Of a DNA stretch of 64,000 nucleotides, positions 49,486 through 59,561 are shown in pieces. Every line of letters starts with the position of its first letter. Positions within the stretch are counted from its first letter, which is position 1. The DNA is from Stappiaceae bacterium (GTDB taxonomy: Bacteria; Pseudomonadota; Alphaproteobacteria; Rhizobiales; Stappiaceae). The notes below the pieces were generated by a model that was not told the DNA's origin, did no database searches, and saw nothing but the letters and a program-made list of their open reading frames with translations. Location of the stretch: the NCBI GenBank assembly GCA_965275915.1, contig CBDHYI010000006.1, forward strand, positions 491,176 to 555,175. Direction: 5' to 3'. A program made the translations under genes and the position numbers.

Positions 49486-50943
49486 TTAAGTGCCTTTCGG
49501 CTTGCTCAACGGAAGCCGGAGACTGATTTTCAAACCCGGATCATTGTCCTCAAGCAACAGCGTGCCATCGTGCAGCCCGGCAACGGCGTTGACCAGGCTC
49601 AAACCCAGGCCCGAACCGGGCGCGGACCGGCTCTGTTCCAGCCGGAAAAACCGCTGACAAACCTTTTCGCGGTCCGCCTTTGCAATGCCCGGCCCGTTGT
49701 CGGTCACGACAATCGATGCCGTTGTATCTGTTGCGGACAACGAGACGGTTATGGTTGGTGTTTCGCTGTCGCATCGCCGACCGTATTTTAGCGCGTTGTC
49801 GAGCAAATTGGTGATGGCTTGTGCAATCAACTCGCGACTGCCGAAGACAACAGCCTGATCACACTGCAGAAGCTGGAAATTCACGCCGTCTTCTTCCGCC
49901 ACCGGTTCGTAGAGTTCCGACACTTCCCGCACGATATCGGCAATGTCGATATCTTCTCTGTCCTGGTCCGGAGAACCGGCCTCAACCCGCGCAATGCGAA
50001 GCAGGGCATTGAAAACGCGAATGAGATGATCGGCCTCCTCAATGGTTGATTGAACGGTTTCCCGATAATCGACGCTCTCCTGATCGGAGCGCAATGTTGC
50101 TTCCAGTCGGTTTCTGAGCCGTGTCAGCGGTGTCTTGAGATCATGCGCAATATTGTCCGTAACTTCTTTCAGGCCGTACATAAGGCTCTCGATGCGCTCA
50201 AGCATGGCGTTCAACGAGATCGCAAGACGATCAAACTCATCACCGGAACCGGTCACCTGCAGACGCTCGGTTAAATCCCCGGCCATGATTGTGCGGCTGG
50301 TTTCTGAAACGGAGTCAATGCGCTTTAGAACCCGCCGCCCGATAAACAGCCAGCCGAGCGCAGCGACAATGACCATACCGGCCAAAGCAAGGCGTAACGC
50401 GCTGCTCAGCATTTCCCGGAAGCGCAGGCTCTCACCGATATCCCGACCCACGACGACATGAAACCCGCCGGTCAACTCGAAGACGCGGATGATCGCCTGC
50501 TGTGTTTTGCCGGGCGTTGTTATTTCGCCCAGAGCCCGTGTGCCGTTGTTAACGGTGACGGGTGTCGTCTCCGCCTGCAAGTGCTTATAGGTGACCTGAA
50601 GATTGCGGCCATCGGCTTCATCCAGAATACCGAGCGGCAGGCGGGATATGTTGCCTGCCAGCACGTTGCCGGCAAAATCGGTGACCAGATAAACGCTGGC
50701 CCCCGGCTGGCGCGAGCGGCGATCGACCGCCGTTACCAGCCGGCGAATGCCGCCAAGACGATATTGATCTGAAAGGGCATTTACTTCTGAGCGTATGGTC
50801 TCTTCAACCTGTTCGCTCATGATGCTGGCCGAATTCTGACCGATATACACCACCAGCACAATGGACATGCCCATAAAGGCAGCCACATACATTGCCGACA
50901 GTTTGAAGGCGGTTGTTCGTATCGTTCGACTAAATGCCGTCAC
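49486..50943 (-). CDS. Sensor histidine kinase (2 TM, HAMP, HisKA, HATPase)
   Basis: H-box HDLKTPLTRL and G-box GSGLGLSLV are present. The start is uncertain: the listed ORF begins at 51033 inside the regulator gene, and GTG 50943 (VTAFSRTIRTTAFKLS...) is my best guess. Confidence 0.8.
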   Translation of the reverse strand: MTAFSRTIRTTAFKLSAMYVAAFMGMSIVLVVYIGQNSASIMSEQVEETIRSEVNALSDQYRLGGIRRLVTAVDRRSRQPGASVYLVTDFAGNVLAGNISRLPLGILDEADGRNLQVTYKHLQAETTPVTVNNGTRALGEITTPGKTQQAIIRVFELTGGFHVVVGRDIGESLRFREMLSSALRLALAGMVIVAALGWLFIGRRVLKRIDSVSETSRTIMAGDLTERLQVTGSGDEFDRLAISLNAMLERIESLMYGLKEVTDNIAHDLKTPLTRLRNRLEATLRSDQESVDYRETVQSTIEEADHLIRVFNALLRIARVEAGSPDQDREDIDIADIVREVSELYEPVAEEDGVNFQLLQCDQAVVFGSRELIAQAITNLLDNALKYGRRCDSETPTITVSLSATDTTASIVVTDNGPGIAKADREKVCQRFFRLEQSRSAPGSGLGLSLVNAVAGLHDGTLLLEDNDPGLKISLRLPLSKPKGT

Positions 50944-51607
50944 GAATACTGTATCCGGCACCGCGAATGGTATGCAGAAGCTGTTTGTCGAAACCCTTGT
51001 CGATCTTGCCGCGCAGGCGTGAAATATGGACATCGATCACATTGGTCTGCGGATCGAAATGGTAGTCCCACACATTTTCCAGCAGCATGGTCCGGGTCAC
51101 CACCTGTCCGGCGTTTTTCATCAGATACTCCAGCAGTCTGAATTCCCTGGGCTGGAGTGTAATAGGCTGATTGTTGCGGCTGACGGAATGGGCCAGCCGG
51201 TCAAGAACCAGATCGGCGACCTGATAAGTGGTTTCGACATCGCCGGTCCAGGCGCGCCGGCCAAGAGCTTCAACCCGAGCAAGCAGTTCGGTGAAAGAAT
51301 AAGGCTTGGGAAGATAGTCGTCTCCGCCTGCGCGCAGCCCGGTGACGCGGTCATCGACCTGTCCGAGTGCGGACAGAATCAGAACCGGGGTGTGATCGCC
51401 CTCGGTCTGCAATTGTTCCACCACAGACAGGCCATCCCGACGGGGAAGCATCCGGTCTACAACGAGAACGTCATAGTCGTTTTCGCGCGCTTTTTCGTAT
51501 CCTGTTTCGCCGTCACCGGCATGATCGGCCACATGTCCGGCCTCTTTGAAGGCTTTCAGCAGGTAAGCGGCCGCTTCCTTGTCGTCTTCTATGACCAAAA
51601 TGCGCAT
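50930..51607 (-). CDS. OmpR/PhoB-family response regulator
   Basis: Start ATG 51607 (MRILVIEDDKEAAAYL). The receiver is followed by a winged-helix domain (LQPREFRLLEYLMKNAGQVVTR). The listed ORF start at 51874 is upstream read-through. Confidence 0.9.
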   Translation of the reverse strand: MRILVIEDDKEAAAYLLKAFKEAGHVADHAGDGETGYEKARENDYDVLVVDRMLPRRDGLSVVEQLQTEGDHTPVLILSALGQVDDRVTGLRAGGDDYLPKPYSFTELLARVEALGRRAWTGDVETTYQVADLVLDRLAHSVSRNNQPITLQPREFRLLEYLMKNAGQVVTRTMLLENVWDYHFDPQTNVIDVHISRLRGKIDKGFDKQLLHTIRGAGYSIRDGI

Positions 51608-51830
51608 TCTGTCTTTTTCGCCTCCGACATCGGCAATTGAAACGCAAGTGGGTGTTACAGTGACCGCTTTGGCAAATCCAACATTCATTATGTTATTCCT
51701 CTGATTAAACAACAAATTGCGGCAGACTGGAATATCCAATCTGCCGCCAACGGTCATCATGGCAGCTCGGAGGCATCGATGCTGCCACGATGACCGGTCT
51801 GACGCGTCCTGATCAGGTGCAGCGGAAAGA

Positions 51831-53366
51831 TCAGGCGCGCCCGACTGGAAGAGCGACGAAACGTGAGTTCTCACCCTGTTTCATCCGCATAAGGACGGCT
51901 TTGCGGCCTTCTTGCTTTGCCTCTCGGACCAGCTTTTCCACCTCAGCAGGCGAGTTCACTTTCTCGCCGGCCACTTCCAGAATGACTGTACCGACCTGAA
52001 GGCCTTTTTCCTCGGCGGCGCTGTCGGGGTTGATACCCGTGACAACAACGCCTTCTTCGCCTGCATCCGCACTTTTTGCGCTTTGCAGCTCAATGCCGAG
52101 GCTGGAAAGTTCCGTCGGTGATGCCTGCCCCGACACGCTGGATGCATTCGCTTCCGCACCCGGCAGTTCGCCAAGTTCGACCGAAACGACTTTTTCCGCG
52201 CCATTGCGCCAAAGCGTAACGTCGACTTCGGTACCCGGCGTGTAGTCGGCAATCATGCGAGCCAGTTCACGCGGGCCTTCAACAGCCTCGCCGTTCACTT
52301 CAAGGATCGCATCTCCGGAACTGAGGCCGGCATCTTCGGCCGGGCTGTCCGGCTGAGGATCGGCGATCAACGCGCCTTTTGCGTTCTCAAGGCCGATGCT
52401 GTCGGCAATATCGGCGTTGATCGGCTGGATCTGGACACCAAGCCATCCCCGTACGACCGTGCCGTCTTCCTTCAGATCGGAAACGATCGTGTCAGCGAGG
52501 GTGGCCGGGATAGCAAAAGCAATCCCGACATTCCCGCCTGAGGGCGAAAAGATCGCGGCATTTACTCCGATAACTTCCCCTTTCAGATTGAACGCAGGTC
52601 CACCGGAGTTGCCGCGGTTGACCGGTGCGTCGATCTGAATGAAGTCATCATATGGGCCGGCTCCGATATCGCGTCCGCGGGCGGAAACAATGCCGGCGGT
52701 TACCGTACCGCCAAGACCGAACGGATTGCCGACAGTGACGACCCATTCGCCGACTTCCGGTGCCTGGTCAGCAAATTTCACGTAGGTGAATTTCTCATCG
52801 GCGTTCACTTTAAGCACCGCGATATCGCTGCGCTCGTCGGAACCGACCAACTCGGCTTCCAGTTCCTCGCCGTCATTCATCACAACGATGATATCGTCAG
52901 CACCTCTGACAACATGTTCGTTTGTTACGACATAACCGTCATCGGTGATAAAGAAACCGGACCCTTGGCCCTGCGAGAAACGACGCTGGTTGGGACGGGG
53001 CGTCGACCTGAAGTCATCGCCGCCAAAACGGCGGAAGAAGCGCTCCAGGGGATGACCTTCCGGAAGATTCTCAAATCCTCTGAAATCCCCGAAGGACTCG
53101 CCACTCAAGTTGGCGGGACGAACGGAAGAGCGGATCTTGACGCTGACAACCGCCGGGCTGACCGCCTTCACAACATCGGAAAAATCCATCGGTGTGGCAG
53201 AATTCACGGTAACCGGATCGGCCAGCGCATATTGGCCGCTGGGAATCGCCGTCTGAGCCGCCAGCGCACCGGCCGCACCCAGCGCCAGAGCTCCGGCGAT
53301 AAGTTTGGTTTTGCGACGTATTTTCGCTTTGGGCAGTTTCGTGTCTCTAAAGTCAAATTCGCTCAT
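51831..53366 (-). CDS. degP: Periplasmic serine endoprotease DegP/HtrA family (trypsin-like domain plus two PDZ)
   Basis: Start ATG 53366 lies 7 nt after GGAG. TNEHVV (His), GNSGGPAFN (Ser) and two PDZ-like segments are present. Confidence 0.9.
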   Translation of the reverse strand: MSEFDFRDTKLPKAKIRRKTKLIAGALALGAAGALAAQTAIPSGQYALADPVTVNSATPMDFSDVVKAVSPAVVSVKIRSSVRPANLSGESFGDFRGFENLPEGHPLERFFRRFGGDDFRSTPRPNQRRFSQGQGSGFFITDDGYVVTNEHVVRGADDIIVVMNDGEELEAELVGSDERSDIAVLKVNADEKFTYVKFADQAPEVGEWVVTVGNPFGLGGTVTAGIVSARGRDIGAGPYDDFIQIDAPVNRGNSGGPAFNLKGEVIGVNAAIFSPSGGNVGIAFAIPATLADTIVSDLKEDGTVVRGWLGVQIQPINADIADSIGLENAKGALIADPQPDSPAEDAGLSSGDAILEVNGEAVEGPRELARMIADYTPGTEVDVTLWRNGAEKVVSVELGELPGAEANASSVSGQASPTELSSLGIELQSAKSADAGEEGVVVTGINPDSAAEEKGLQVGTVILEVAGEKVNSPAEVEKLVREAKQEGRKAVLMRMKQGENSRFVALPVGRA

Positions 53367-53579
53367 TCGGTTGCTCCGGAATTTCTGGGAAATAAAGATC
53401 GCGAGCCGGCGTACCTCATGGGCGGGGAAACCACCGGCCAACTCGCAAGGCTAATATGAGGAAGGCAACATTACCGGCGCCTGTCGAGTGGATTAAAAAT
53501 CTGTAATGCGTAGGAAGAATGCCATATGTCTTTGTTCTTTTTGCTTTATCAGGCGCAAACGGTTTCGTGACAACAACTC

Positions 53580-53600
53580 ACCCGGCCCGAATGGCCGGGT
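53580..53600 (-). terminator. Possible terminator hairpin downstream of the hydrolase-OsmC gene
   Basis: ACCCGGCC (53580-53587) pairs with GGCCGGGT (53593-53600) around a 5-nt loop. On the minus strand it is followed by GAGTTGTTG, an imperfect U-tract. It lies about 145 nt after the stop. Confidence 0.3.
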
Positions 53601-53744
53601 CTTTCAGTGTTGGATCATGAGGGATTGCTGCGGTTTCCCTTTGGAGACGTGAGAATCGGCGCAAGGCGCACGCGCGCCCTGATTCTGACGTTCGTCACAG
53701 TCTGCAGCCCGCATTAAGCGAACGATACGCTCCGGGGCGTGGGC

Positions 53745-54980
53745 CTAATCGGCAAGGCTGGTCACAACCGCCGCGCCGGCTTCCAGCGTTCGATGAACGG
53801 GACATTTGTCGGCAATTTCAAGCATGCGTTGCCGTGTTTTCGCATCGAGATCACCGGCGATTAGGATCCGACGTTCGAACCGGTCTATTTTCCCGTCCTT
53901 TTCCTTCAGGCTTTCGACACAATCGGCGCAATCGGCCGCATGCACTTTCTCATGTGACACGGAAACCGAAATTCGACCTGCGTCTATTTTCTTATGGTCG
54001 GCATAGAGCCGAAGTGTCATCGATGTGCAGGCGCCAAGGGACGCTGCAAGCAAATCGTATGGTGACGGACCGCTGTTCAGGCCGCCCACCGACTCCGGTT
54101 CGTCCGCAAGATAGCGATGGGACCCCTGCGCCACCATGTTTTGGAACTTGCCCTGACCGGTTTCGGATACCAGAACGCTTTCCTCGCTGGGCTCGGTGCG
54201 CTGATCTGTTTGCGGCTCGCCGACATAGCGCCTCGCCCAGGCCGCAATGACACCGGCTGCGTAAGCGGCATCTTTTTCATTGCTCAGGAGGTGGTCCGCT
54301 GTATCGAGTGAAACGAAGCTTTTCGGATGCTTTGCTGTGAGGAAAATCTCGCTCGCATTGTCGATGCCAACCGTATCGTCGACGGGCGAATGCAGTATCA
54401 TCAGGGCCTTTCTCATGGACGCTATGCGGTCTTTAAGATCCTGTTTTTTCAAGTCGTCAAGAAACTGCTTCTGAATGGTGAATTTGCGTCCGGCCAATGT
54501 CACACTGGCCTCCCCGACGGCCTCGATCGTCTCAAGGTCAGCTTTGAAATTGTGCGTCACATGTCCGGCATCCGCCGGCGCGCCAATTGTCGCAACAGCA
54601 ACCGCCTCCTCAATATCCGCCGCAGCAGACAGTATGGCCGCCCCACCCAGGGAATGGCCGATCAGAATTTTGGGCGCTTCAAAATTCTGCCTGAGAAAAT
54701 CGACGGCCACATGGAGGTCCTGAACGTTGCTTGAAAAGTTTGTGGAAGCGAATTCACCCTTGCTAGCCCCAAGTCCCGTAAAATCGAACCGCAGCACCGC
54801 GATTCCGTGACGCGTGAGCTCGCTCGCGATTCGCCTTGCGGCAAGAACGTCCTTTGAGCAGGTGAAACAATGGGCAAACAGTGCGTATGCGCTGACTGGC
54901 CCGGCCGGTAAATCAAGGCGCGCCGCGAGCTGTGCTCCGTGTGCGCCGTCAAACGCTATCCTCTGCGGTTTCACTGTCAT
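53745..54980 (-). CDS. Bifunctional alpha/beta hydrolase - OsmC-family fusion protein
   Basis: Start ATG 54980 follows AGGTGAGGG. The nucleophile elbow GHSLGGAA sits in the N-terminal half. The C-terminal OsmC-like block is GPSPYDLLAASLGACTSMTLRLYA. Confidence 0.8.
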   Translation of the reverse strand: MTVKPQRIAFDGAHGAQLAARLDLPAGPVSAYALFAHCFTCSKDVLAARRIASELTRHGIAVLRFDFTGLGASKGEFASTNFSSNVQDLHVAVDFLRQNFEAPKILIGHSLGGAAILSAAADIEEAVAVATIGAPADAGHVTHNFKADLETIEAVGEASVTLAGRKFTIQKQFLDDLKKQDLKDRIASMRKALMILHSPVDDTVGIDNASEIFLTAKHPKSFVSLDTADHLLSNEKDAAYAAGVIAAWARRYVGEPQTDQRTEPSEESVLVSETGQGKFQNMVAQGSHRYLADEPESVGGLNSGPSPYDLLAASLGACTSMTLRLYADHKKIDAGRISVSVSHEKVHAADCADCVESLKEKDGKIDRFERRILIAGDLDAKTRQRMLEIADKCPVHRTLEAGAAVVTSLAD

Positions 54981-55127
54981 GCCCTCACCTTTCGAAATCA
55001 CCGGTCGAAAGAGCGGCCGAATCCGTTCTCTCCCGACACGTTACACATTGTGGCTATCAGATAAGAGCGTTGCACTGAATTTAAGAGTCACATGTCCGTG
55101 CGCAGCCGGTGAAAAGGGCGTGTGCGA

Positions 55128-55601
55128 TCAATCGCGAGCCAGGATGTCTTCAAGCCGTTTCTTCTCCTCATCGGACAACGGGTCCTGAGCAGCTTGAGAC
55201 CCCGTCTTGTTCTGCCGGCGGGCCTTCATGACGATTGCTATCAGTCCGATAAGAAGAACGACAGGCCCCAGAAACCACAAAACTGCCGTGTGCCAGGCAA
55301 ATCGCGGTTTCAGGAGAACAAATTCTCCATATCGCGAAACGAGGTAATCGGTGACTTCTTCGTCCGTATCACCGGCCACAATTCGCTCACGTACCAGAAC
55401 ACGAAGATCCCGCGCCAGGGGCGCATCTGAATCGTCAATGGACTGGTTCTGACAGACCATGCAGCGCAGATTGACTGATAGATCTCGGGCGCGTTGCTCA
55501 AGAGCCGGATCGTCGAGCACTTCGTCCGGGTTTACGGCCGCAGCCGGTGTGACCGGAAGAATGAGAATGAGAAGACAGAGAATTGATTTCAACAATTTCA
55601 T
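55128..55601 (-). CDS. ccmH: Cytochrome c-type biogenesis protein CcmH (CycL)
   Basis: Start ATG 55601 lies 4 nt after the ccmF stop. A signal peptide and the LRCMVCQNQSIDDSDA motif are present. Confidence 0.9.
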   Translation of the reverse strand: MKLLKSILCLLILILPVTPAAAVNPDEVLDDPALEQRARDLSVNLRCMVCQNQSIDDSDAPLARDLRVLVRERIVAGDTDEEVTDYLVSRYGEFVLLKPRFAWHTAVLWFLGPVVLLIGLIAIVMKARRQNKTGSQAAQDPLSDEEKKRLEDILARD

Positions 55602-55605
55602 CGGC

Positions 55606-57582
55606 TCATTCCGCCGGAACCAGATGGGACCTGGCCGGTTTGGGCGCTCCAACCCGAAGCCTGCGATCGAACAGCGATACCGCGCCGCCAAAGGCCATGA
55701 ACAAAGTGCCGATCCAGATCAGTGTCACCAGAGGTTTGTAATAAAGACGGACCGTGATGCCGCCATTGTCAACTGCGTCGCCGACACCGATGTAAACCTG
55801 GGAAAAGATGAAAGTGACGATTGCCGCTTCAGACGTCGGCATTTGCCGGGTGGTGTACAGGCGTTTGGACGGTTCCATCACGCTGATGGTTTGTCCGTCT
55901 TTTTTCAAAGTAAAGCTTGCCACATCCTCGATAAAGGTGCTGCCTGTCCGCTGATGGGTTCCATCAAAGACGACCTCATAACCGCCAACCTCCTGTGTCT
56001 CGCCGGGGTGCATCACCAGTATGTTCTCCGTCTCCCAGGCAGAGACGGACACAATGCCGAGCAGCGTAACACCCATGCCGAAATGTGCCAGAGCCGTTCC
56101 AAATGCGGACTTGGGCAGTCCGGCGATCCGGCTCAGGCTCTTGCCGAAGGTTATCTGGCCGACTTTTCCGCGCCAGAGGATTTCACTGACAGCTCCGGCC
56201 ATAAGCCAGACGGCCAGCCCGACGCCTAACGGGGCCATCACGCCCTTTTCCCCCTGAAATGCGAGAGAGATCAGGGTTGCGAGGATCGCAAGGCCGAAAG
56301 CGGCATAAAGGCGCTGTGTGACGGCGAGAAGATCTCCCCGCTTCCAGGCCAGAAACGGCCCGAACGGGATCAGAATGAGAAGCGGGATCATCAGCGGCCC
56401 GAAGGTCAGATTGAAAAAGGGTGCCCCCACGGAAATTTTCTCATCCGTGACCGCTTCCAGCGCGAGCGGATACAATGTGCCGATCAGAACCGCTGCGCAG
56501 GCCGCGGTGAGGAACAGGTTGTTCAGGACCAGGGCCCCCTCGCGGCTCACAGGAGCGAAGATGCCCCCCTGTTTCAGGAGCGGAGCCCTGACCGCAAACA
56601 GGGCAAGCGAACCGCCGATAAAGATGATCAGAATGACAAGAATAAAGACGCCCCGGGCCGGATCGGTCGCAAAGGCATGCACCGATGTCAGGACGCCGGA
56701 ACGCACCAGGAATGTGCCCAGGAGCGAGAGGGAGAACGTCAGAATTGCCAGTAAGATCGTCCAGATCTTGAGGGCATTCCGTTTTTCCATCACAACCGCG
56801 GAATGCAGCAATGCGGTTCCTGCTAGCCAGGGCATGAAGGACGCATTTTCGACCGGGTCCCAGAACCACCAGCCTCCCCAGCCCAGTTCATAATAGGCCC
56901 AATACGAGCCCATGGAGATGCCGAGCGTTAGGAACAGCCAGGCCACCAGTGTCCAGGGGCGTATCCAGCGTGCCCAGGCCGCATCGATCCGACCGTCTAT
57001 GAGCGCGGCAACGGCAAAGGAGAACGAGATCGAAAAGCCGACATAGCCCAGATAAAGAAGCGGCGGATGGATCGCAAGGCCGATATCCTGAAGCAGAGGA
57101 TTGAGATCGTTGCCTTCAGCCGGCGCCGGAAACAACCGTGTGAAAGGGTTGCTGGTCAGGAGAATGAACAGAAGAAAAGCAGTCGACACCCACCCTTGAA
57201 CCGCGATCACATTAGCGCGGAGCGTCCGGGGCATATTGCCGCCCAGAACACCAACCAGTGCCCCGAACAACGAAAGAATGACGACCCAAAGCAGGATGGA
57301 TCCCTCATGGTTGCCCCAGACGCCTGAGATTTTGTAGATCAGAGGTTTCGCCGAATGAGAATTCTGAACCACGTTGAGGACAGAAAAATCCGATTGCAGA
57401 TAAGCGATGGTGAGGGCTGCAAACGACAGGGTAACAAAGGCAAACTGAGCGACGGCCACCGGGCTGCCGACAGCCATGAGGCCGGCATCGCCGCGCCGGG
57501 CGCCGAGCGCCGGAAGTGTTGACTGAACCAGCGCCATAACCAGCGCAAGAATGAGCGCAAAATGCCCTGTTTCAACAATCAT
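55606..57582 (-). CDS. ccmF: Cytochrome c heme lyase subunit CcmF (CycK)
   Basis: 658-aa polytopic protein with the W-rich motif WGGWWFWDPVEN. Confidence 0.95.
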   Translation of the reverse strand: MIVETGHFALILALVMALVQSTLPALGARRGDAGLMAVGSPVAVAQFAFVTLSFAALTIAYLQSDFSVLNVVQNSHSAKPLIYKISGVWGNHEGSILLWVVILSLFGALVGVLGGNMPRTLRANVIAVQGWVSTAFLLFILLTSNPFTRLFPAPAEGNDLNPLLQDIGLAIHPPLLYLGYVGFSISFSFAVAALIDGRIDAAWARWIRPWTLVAWLFLTLGISMGSYWAYYELGWGGWWFWDPVENASFMPWLAGTALLHSAVVMEKRNALKIWTILLAILTFSLSLLGTFLVRSGVLTSVHAFATDPARGVFILVILIIFIGGSLALFAVRAPLLKQGGIFAPVSREGALVLNNLFLTAACAAVLIGTLYPLALEAVTDEKISVGAPFFNLTFGPLMIPLLILIPFGPFLAWKRGDLLAVTQRLYAAFGLAILATLISLAFQGEKGVMAPLGVGLAVWLMAGAVSEILWRGKVGQITFGKSLSRIAGLPKSAFGTALAHFGMGVTLLGIVSVSAWETENILVMHPGETQEVGGYEVVFDGTHQRTGSTFIEDVASFTLKKDGQTISVMEPSKRLYTTRQMPTSEAAIVTFIFSQVYIGVGDAVDNGGITVRLYYKPLVTLIWIGTLFMAFGGAVSLFDRRLRVGAPKPARSHLVPAE

Positions 57583-57748
57583 CTGTCGTTCCCATCAACG
57601 GTGCGCTTTTTTCGCATGTCAGGCTTGCCGGTTCAAAAGTTCGGTTATGCCTGCGGACCTGCCATCGCTTTCTTTGTGCCGGCGGTGTGATGAACATAGC
57701 TCACTTTGAGACGATCTGTTCCCAACAATTCGACTTTGCCTGCCGCTG

Positions 57749-58192
57749 TTACTCTTCACCCTGCCAGACACCCTTGTCTTTCAGTGCCGCGGCGACTTCT
57801 TTCGGCATATAATTCTCATCGTGCTTGGCGAGGACGGAATCGGCAACAAAGACTCCGTCCGAACGCAGAGCACCTTCGGTGACCACACCCTGCCCTTCCC
57901 GAAACAGATCCGGCAGAATTCCCGTATAAGTGACCGGAATCGATTGTTCCGTGTCGGTCACCTCAAATGTCACGAGCGTACCTTCCTTTCGGTCAACCGT
58001 CCCTTCCTTGACAAGACCGCCCAGGCGAATGCGTTGACCTTCCGGTATTTGTTTCGTGGCAATGTCCGTAGGCGACTGGAAGAAAACGATCTGTTCCTCA
58101 AGCGCGACCAGCACAAGCCCGGCTGCGGCCACCAGAACCACGGCGGCAATTCCTATAAGTGTCAATCGCCTTTGTTTGCGTGTCATCGTCAC
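57749..58192 (-). CDS. ccmE: Cytochrome c maturation heme chaperone CcmE (CycJ)
   Basis: 147 aa with an N-terminal anchor and the heme-binding region [13 protein letters not shown]. Confidence 0.95.
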   Translation of the reverse strand: MTMTRKQRRLTLIGIAAVVLVAAAGLVLVALEEQIVFFQSPTDIATKQIPEGQRIRLGGLVKEGTVDRKEGTLVTFEVTDTEQSIPVTYTGILPDLFREGQGVVTEGALRSDGVFVADSVLAKHDENYMPKEVAAALKDKGVWQGEE

Positions 58193-58264
58193 ACTTTCAT
58201 TTTGCTTGTGACCGGAGACGGTCCGGTCAGGTGCTCAGGCACAAATGCCGTCCAGATCTTGAAC

Positions 58265-59404
58265 TTATTGGCCGCTCGCACTCAGCGTAAGCCCTGCTTC
58301 TCTTGCGGTGGACACGATTTGCGCCGTTGCGGTCGGATCTTCCGAAAAGGCCGACAGGGCCCTGTCCACCGCATCCTGTGCGGCATCCTTCCGGTTCAGG
58401 ACCATCTGCGCATTGATCAAGCGCAACCATTGTCCGACCGGGCCGCCTTCTGATTTCAGTCGTTCGTCGAGCCCGTCGACCATGCTGACAATCATCGCTT
58501 GGCGATCTTCCGGACTCATTTCGTCGGCAGCACTAATGTCTTCCTCGCTGGGGCCGGATGAGGCAACAGCAGTTGCCGGTTCGGCCTTGAGCCGTTGCAG
58601 CTCATTTCTTGCGGCTGCTACCCAGGCTTCGGTTCCTTCCGCATCGGCCAACAACGCGTTCCAGGCGTCGATGGCTTCGGCCTCCCTACCCTGCTGGCCA
58701 AGCCCCAGAGCAAGGAAAAAACGAGGTTTGGCGGCCGATGGATCAAGTTTGCTGGCCTCATTGAATACAGCCTGTGCCTCCGCCGTTACGGTGCCCTGAT
58801 TGGCGACAACGACCGCTTCGCCCAGATTTGAAAGGCGGGGTTCTGTCGGTCCAAGCAGGCGTGCCGTATTCCGGAACGCAACAATCGCCTTGTCCAGCTC
58901 ATTCATCCGCAGATAAACGGGAGCCACCACTTCCCAGCCTTTACCGTCATCGGGATTTTCACTTAGGTGCTTTTCAACCCGGGCGACAAGGACAGCGAGA
59001 TCCTGATGATCCTGCGGCGTGGACAGGCGGGCCGAGAGCGGCATATCGGGAAGATCGGGACGGCCGAAATTACCGTAAAGCCCCAGTGCAAGAGCGGGTA
59101 TCAGCACAATGACAGCGGCCATGCTCCATCTGTTTCCGGTCCCGCGCTCTGCAGCTGCTTCCGCGTCATAGCGTGCTGATGCATTCAGAATGCGCCGGGA
59201 AATTTCGGTCCGAGCGGCCTCAGCCTCGGTTTTGTCGATGCTGCCCCGCTCCAGATCGCGGTCAACTTCTGCAAGTTGGTCCTTATAGACCGCAAGATCG
59301 TGCGCCGCAGGCGGTGCATCTGACTCCCGCTTTCGCAACAGCGGTATGACCGCCGCCAAAACGGCTACGAGTGTCAATGCTGCGAAAACAATCCATATAA
59401 TCAT
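58265..59404 (-). CDS. ccmI: Cytochrome c-type biogenesis protein CcmI (CycH), TPR-containing
   Basis: 379 aa with two N-terminal TM helices and the LAVYKDQLAEVDRDLERG motif. The C-terminal part is TPR-like, and the gene sits upstream of ccmE/F/H. Confidence 0.85.
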   Translation of the reverse strand: MIIWIVFAALTLVAVLAAVIPLLRKRESDAPPAAHDLAVYKDQLAEVDRDLERGSIDKTEAEAARTEISRRILNASARYDAEAAAERGTGNRWSMAAVIVLIPALALGLYGNFGRPDLPDMPLSARLSTPQDHQDLAVLVARVEKHLSENPDDGKGWEVVAPVYLRMNELDKAIVAFRNTARLLGPTEPRLSNLGEAVVVANQGTVTAEAQAVFNEASKLDPSAAKPRFFLALGLGQQGREAEAIDAWNALLADAEGTEAWVAAARNELQRLKAEPATAVASSGPSEEDISAADEMSPEDRQAMIVSMVDGLDERLKSEGGPVGQWLRLINAQMVLNRKDAAQDAVDRALSAFSEDPTATAQIVSTAREAGLTLSASGQ

Positions 59405-59561
59405 GATAGGCGACTATCTATCGCTCCCTTCGGCCCACGGCAGATGACATACTGTCACGCTCCGGTAACAATTCCGAGCGCACCTGTTCATAGCGCACCG
59501 GTCGCATTTTGAAATTGATCTAAACCAAGTGGGATATCGGGTAAAGAAGATCGCCTTGGAC

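Noticed and set aside
57583-57748. 166-bp gap between ccmE and ccmF as a possible hidden small gene or RNA
   Set aside because: I found no ORF with an RBS, no terminator-like hairpin and no repeat. It is most likely an ordinary intercistronic spacer.
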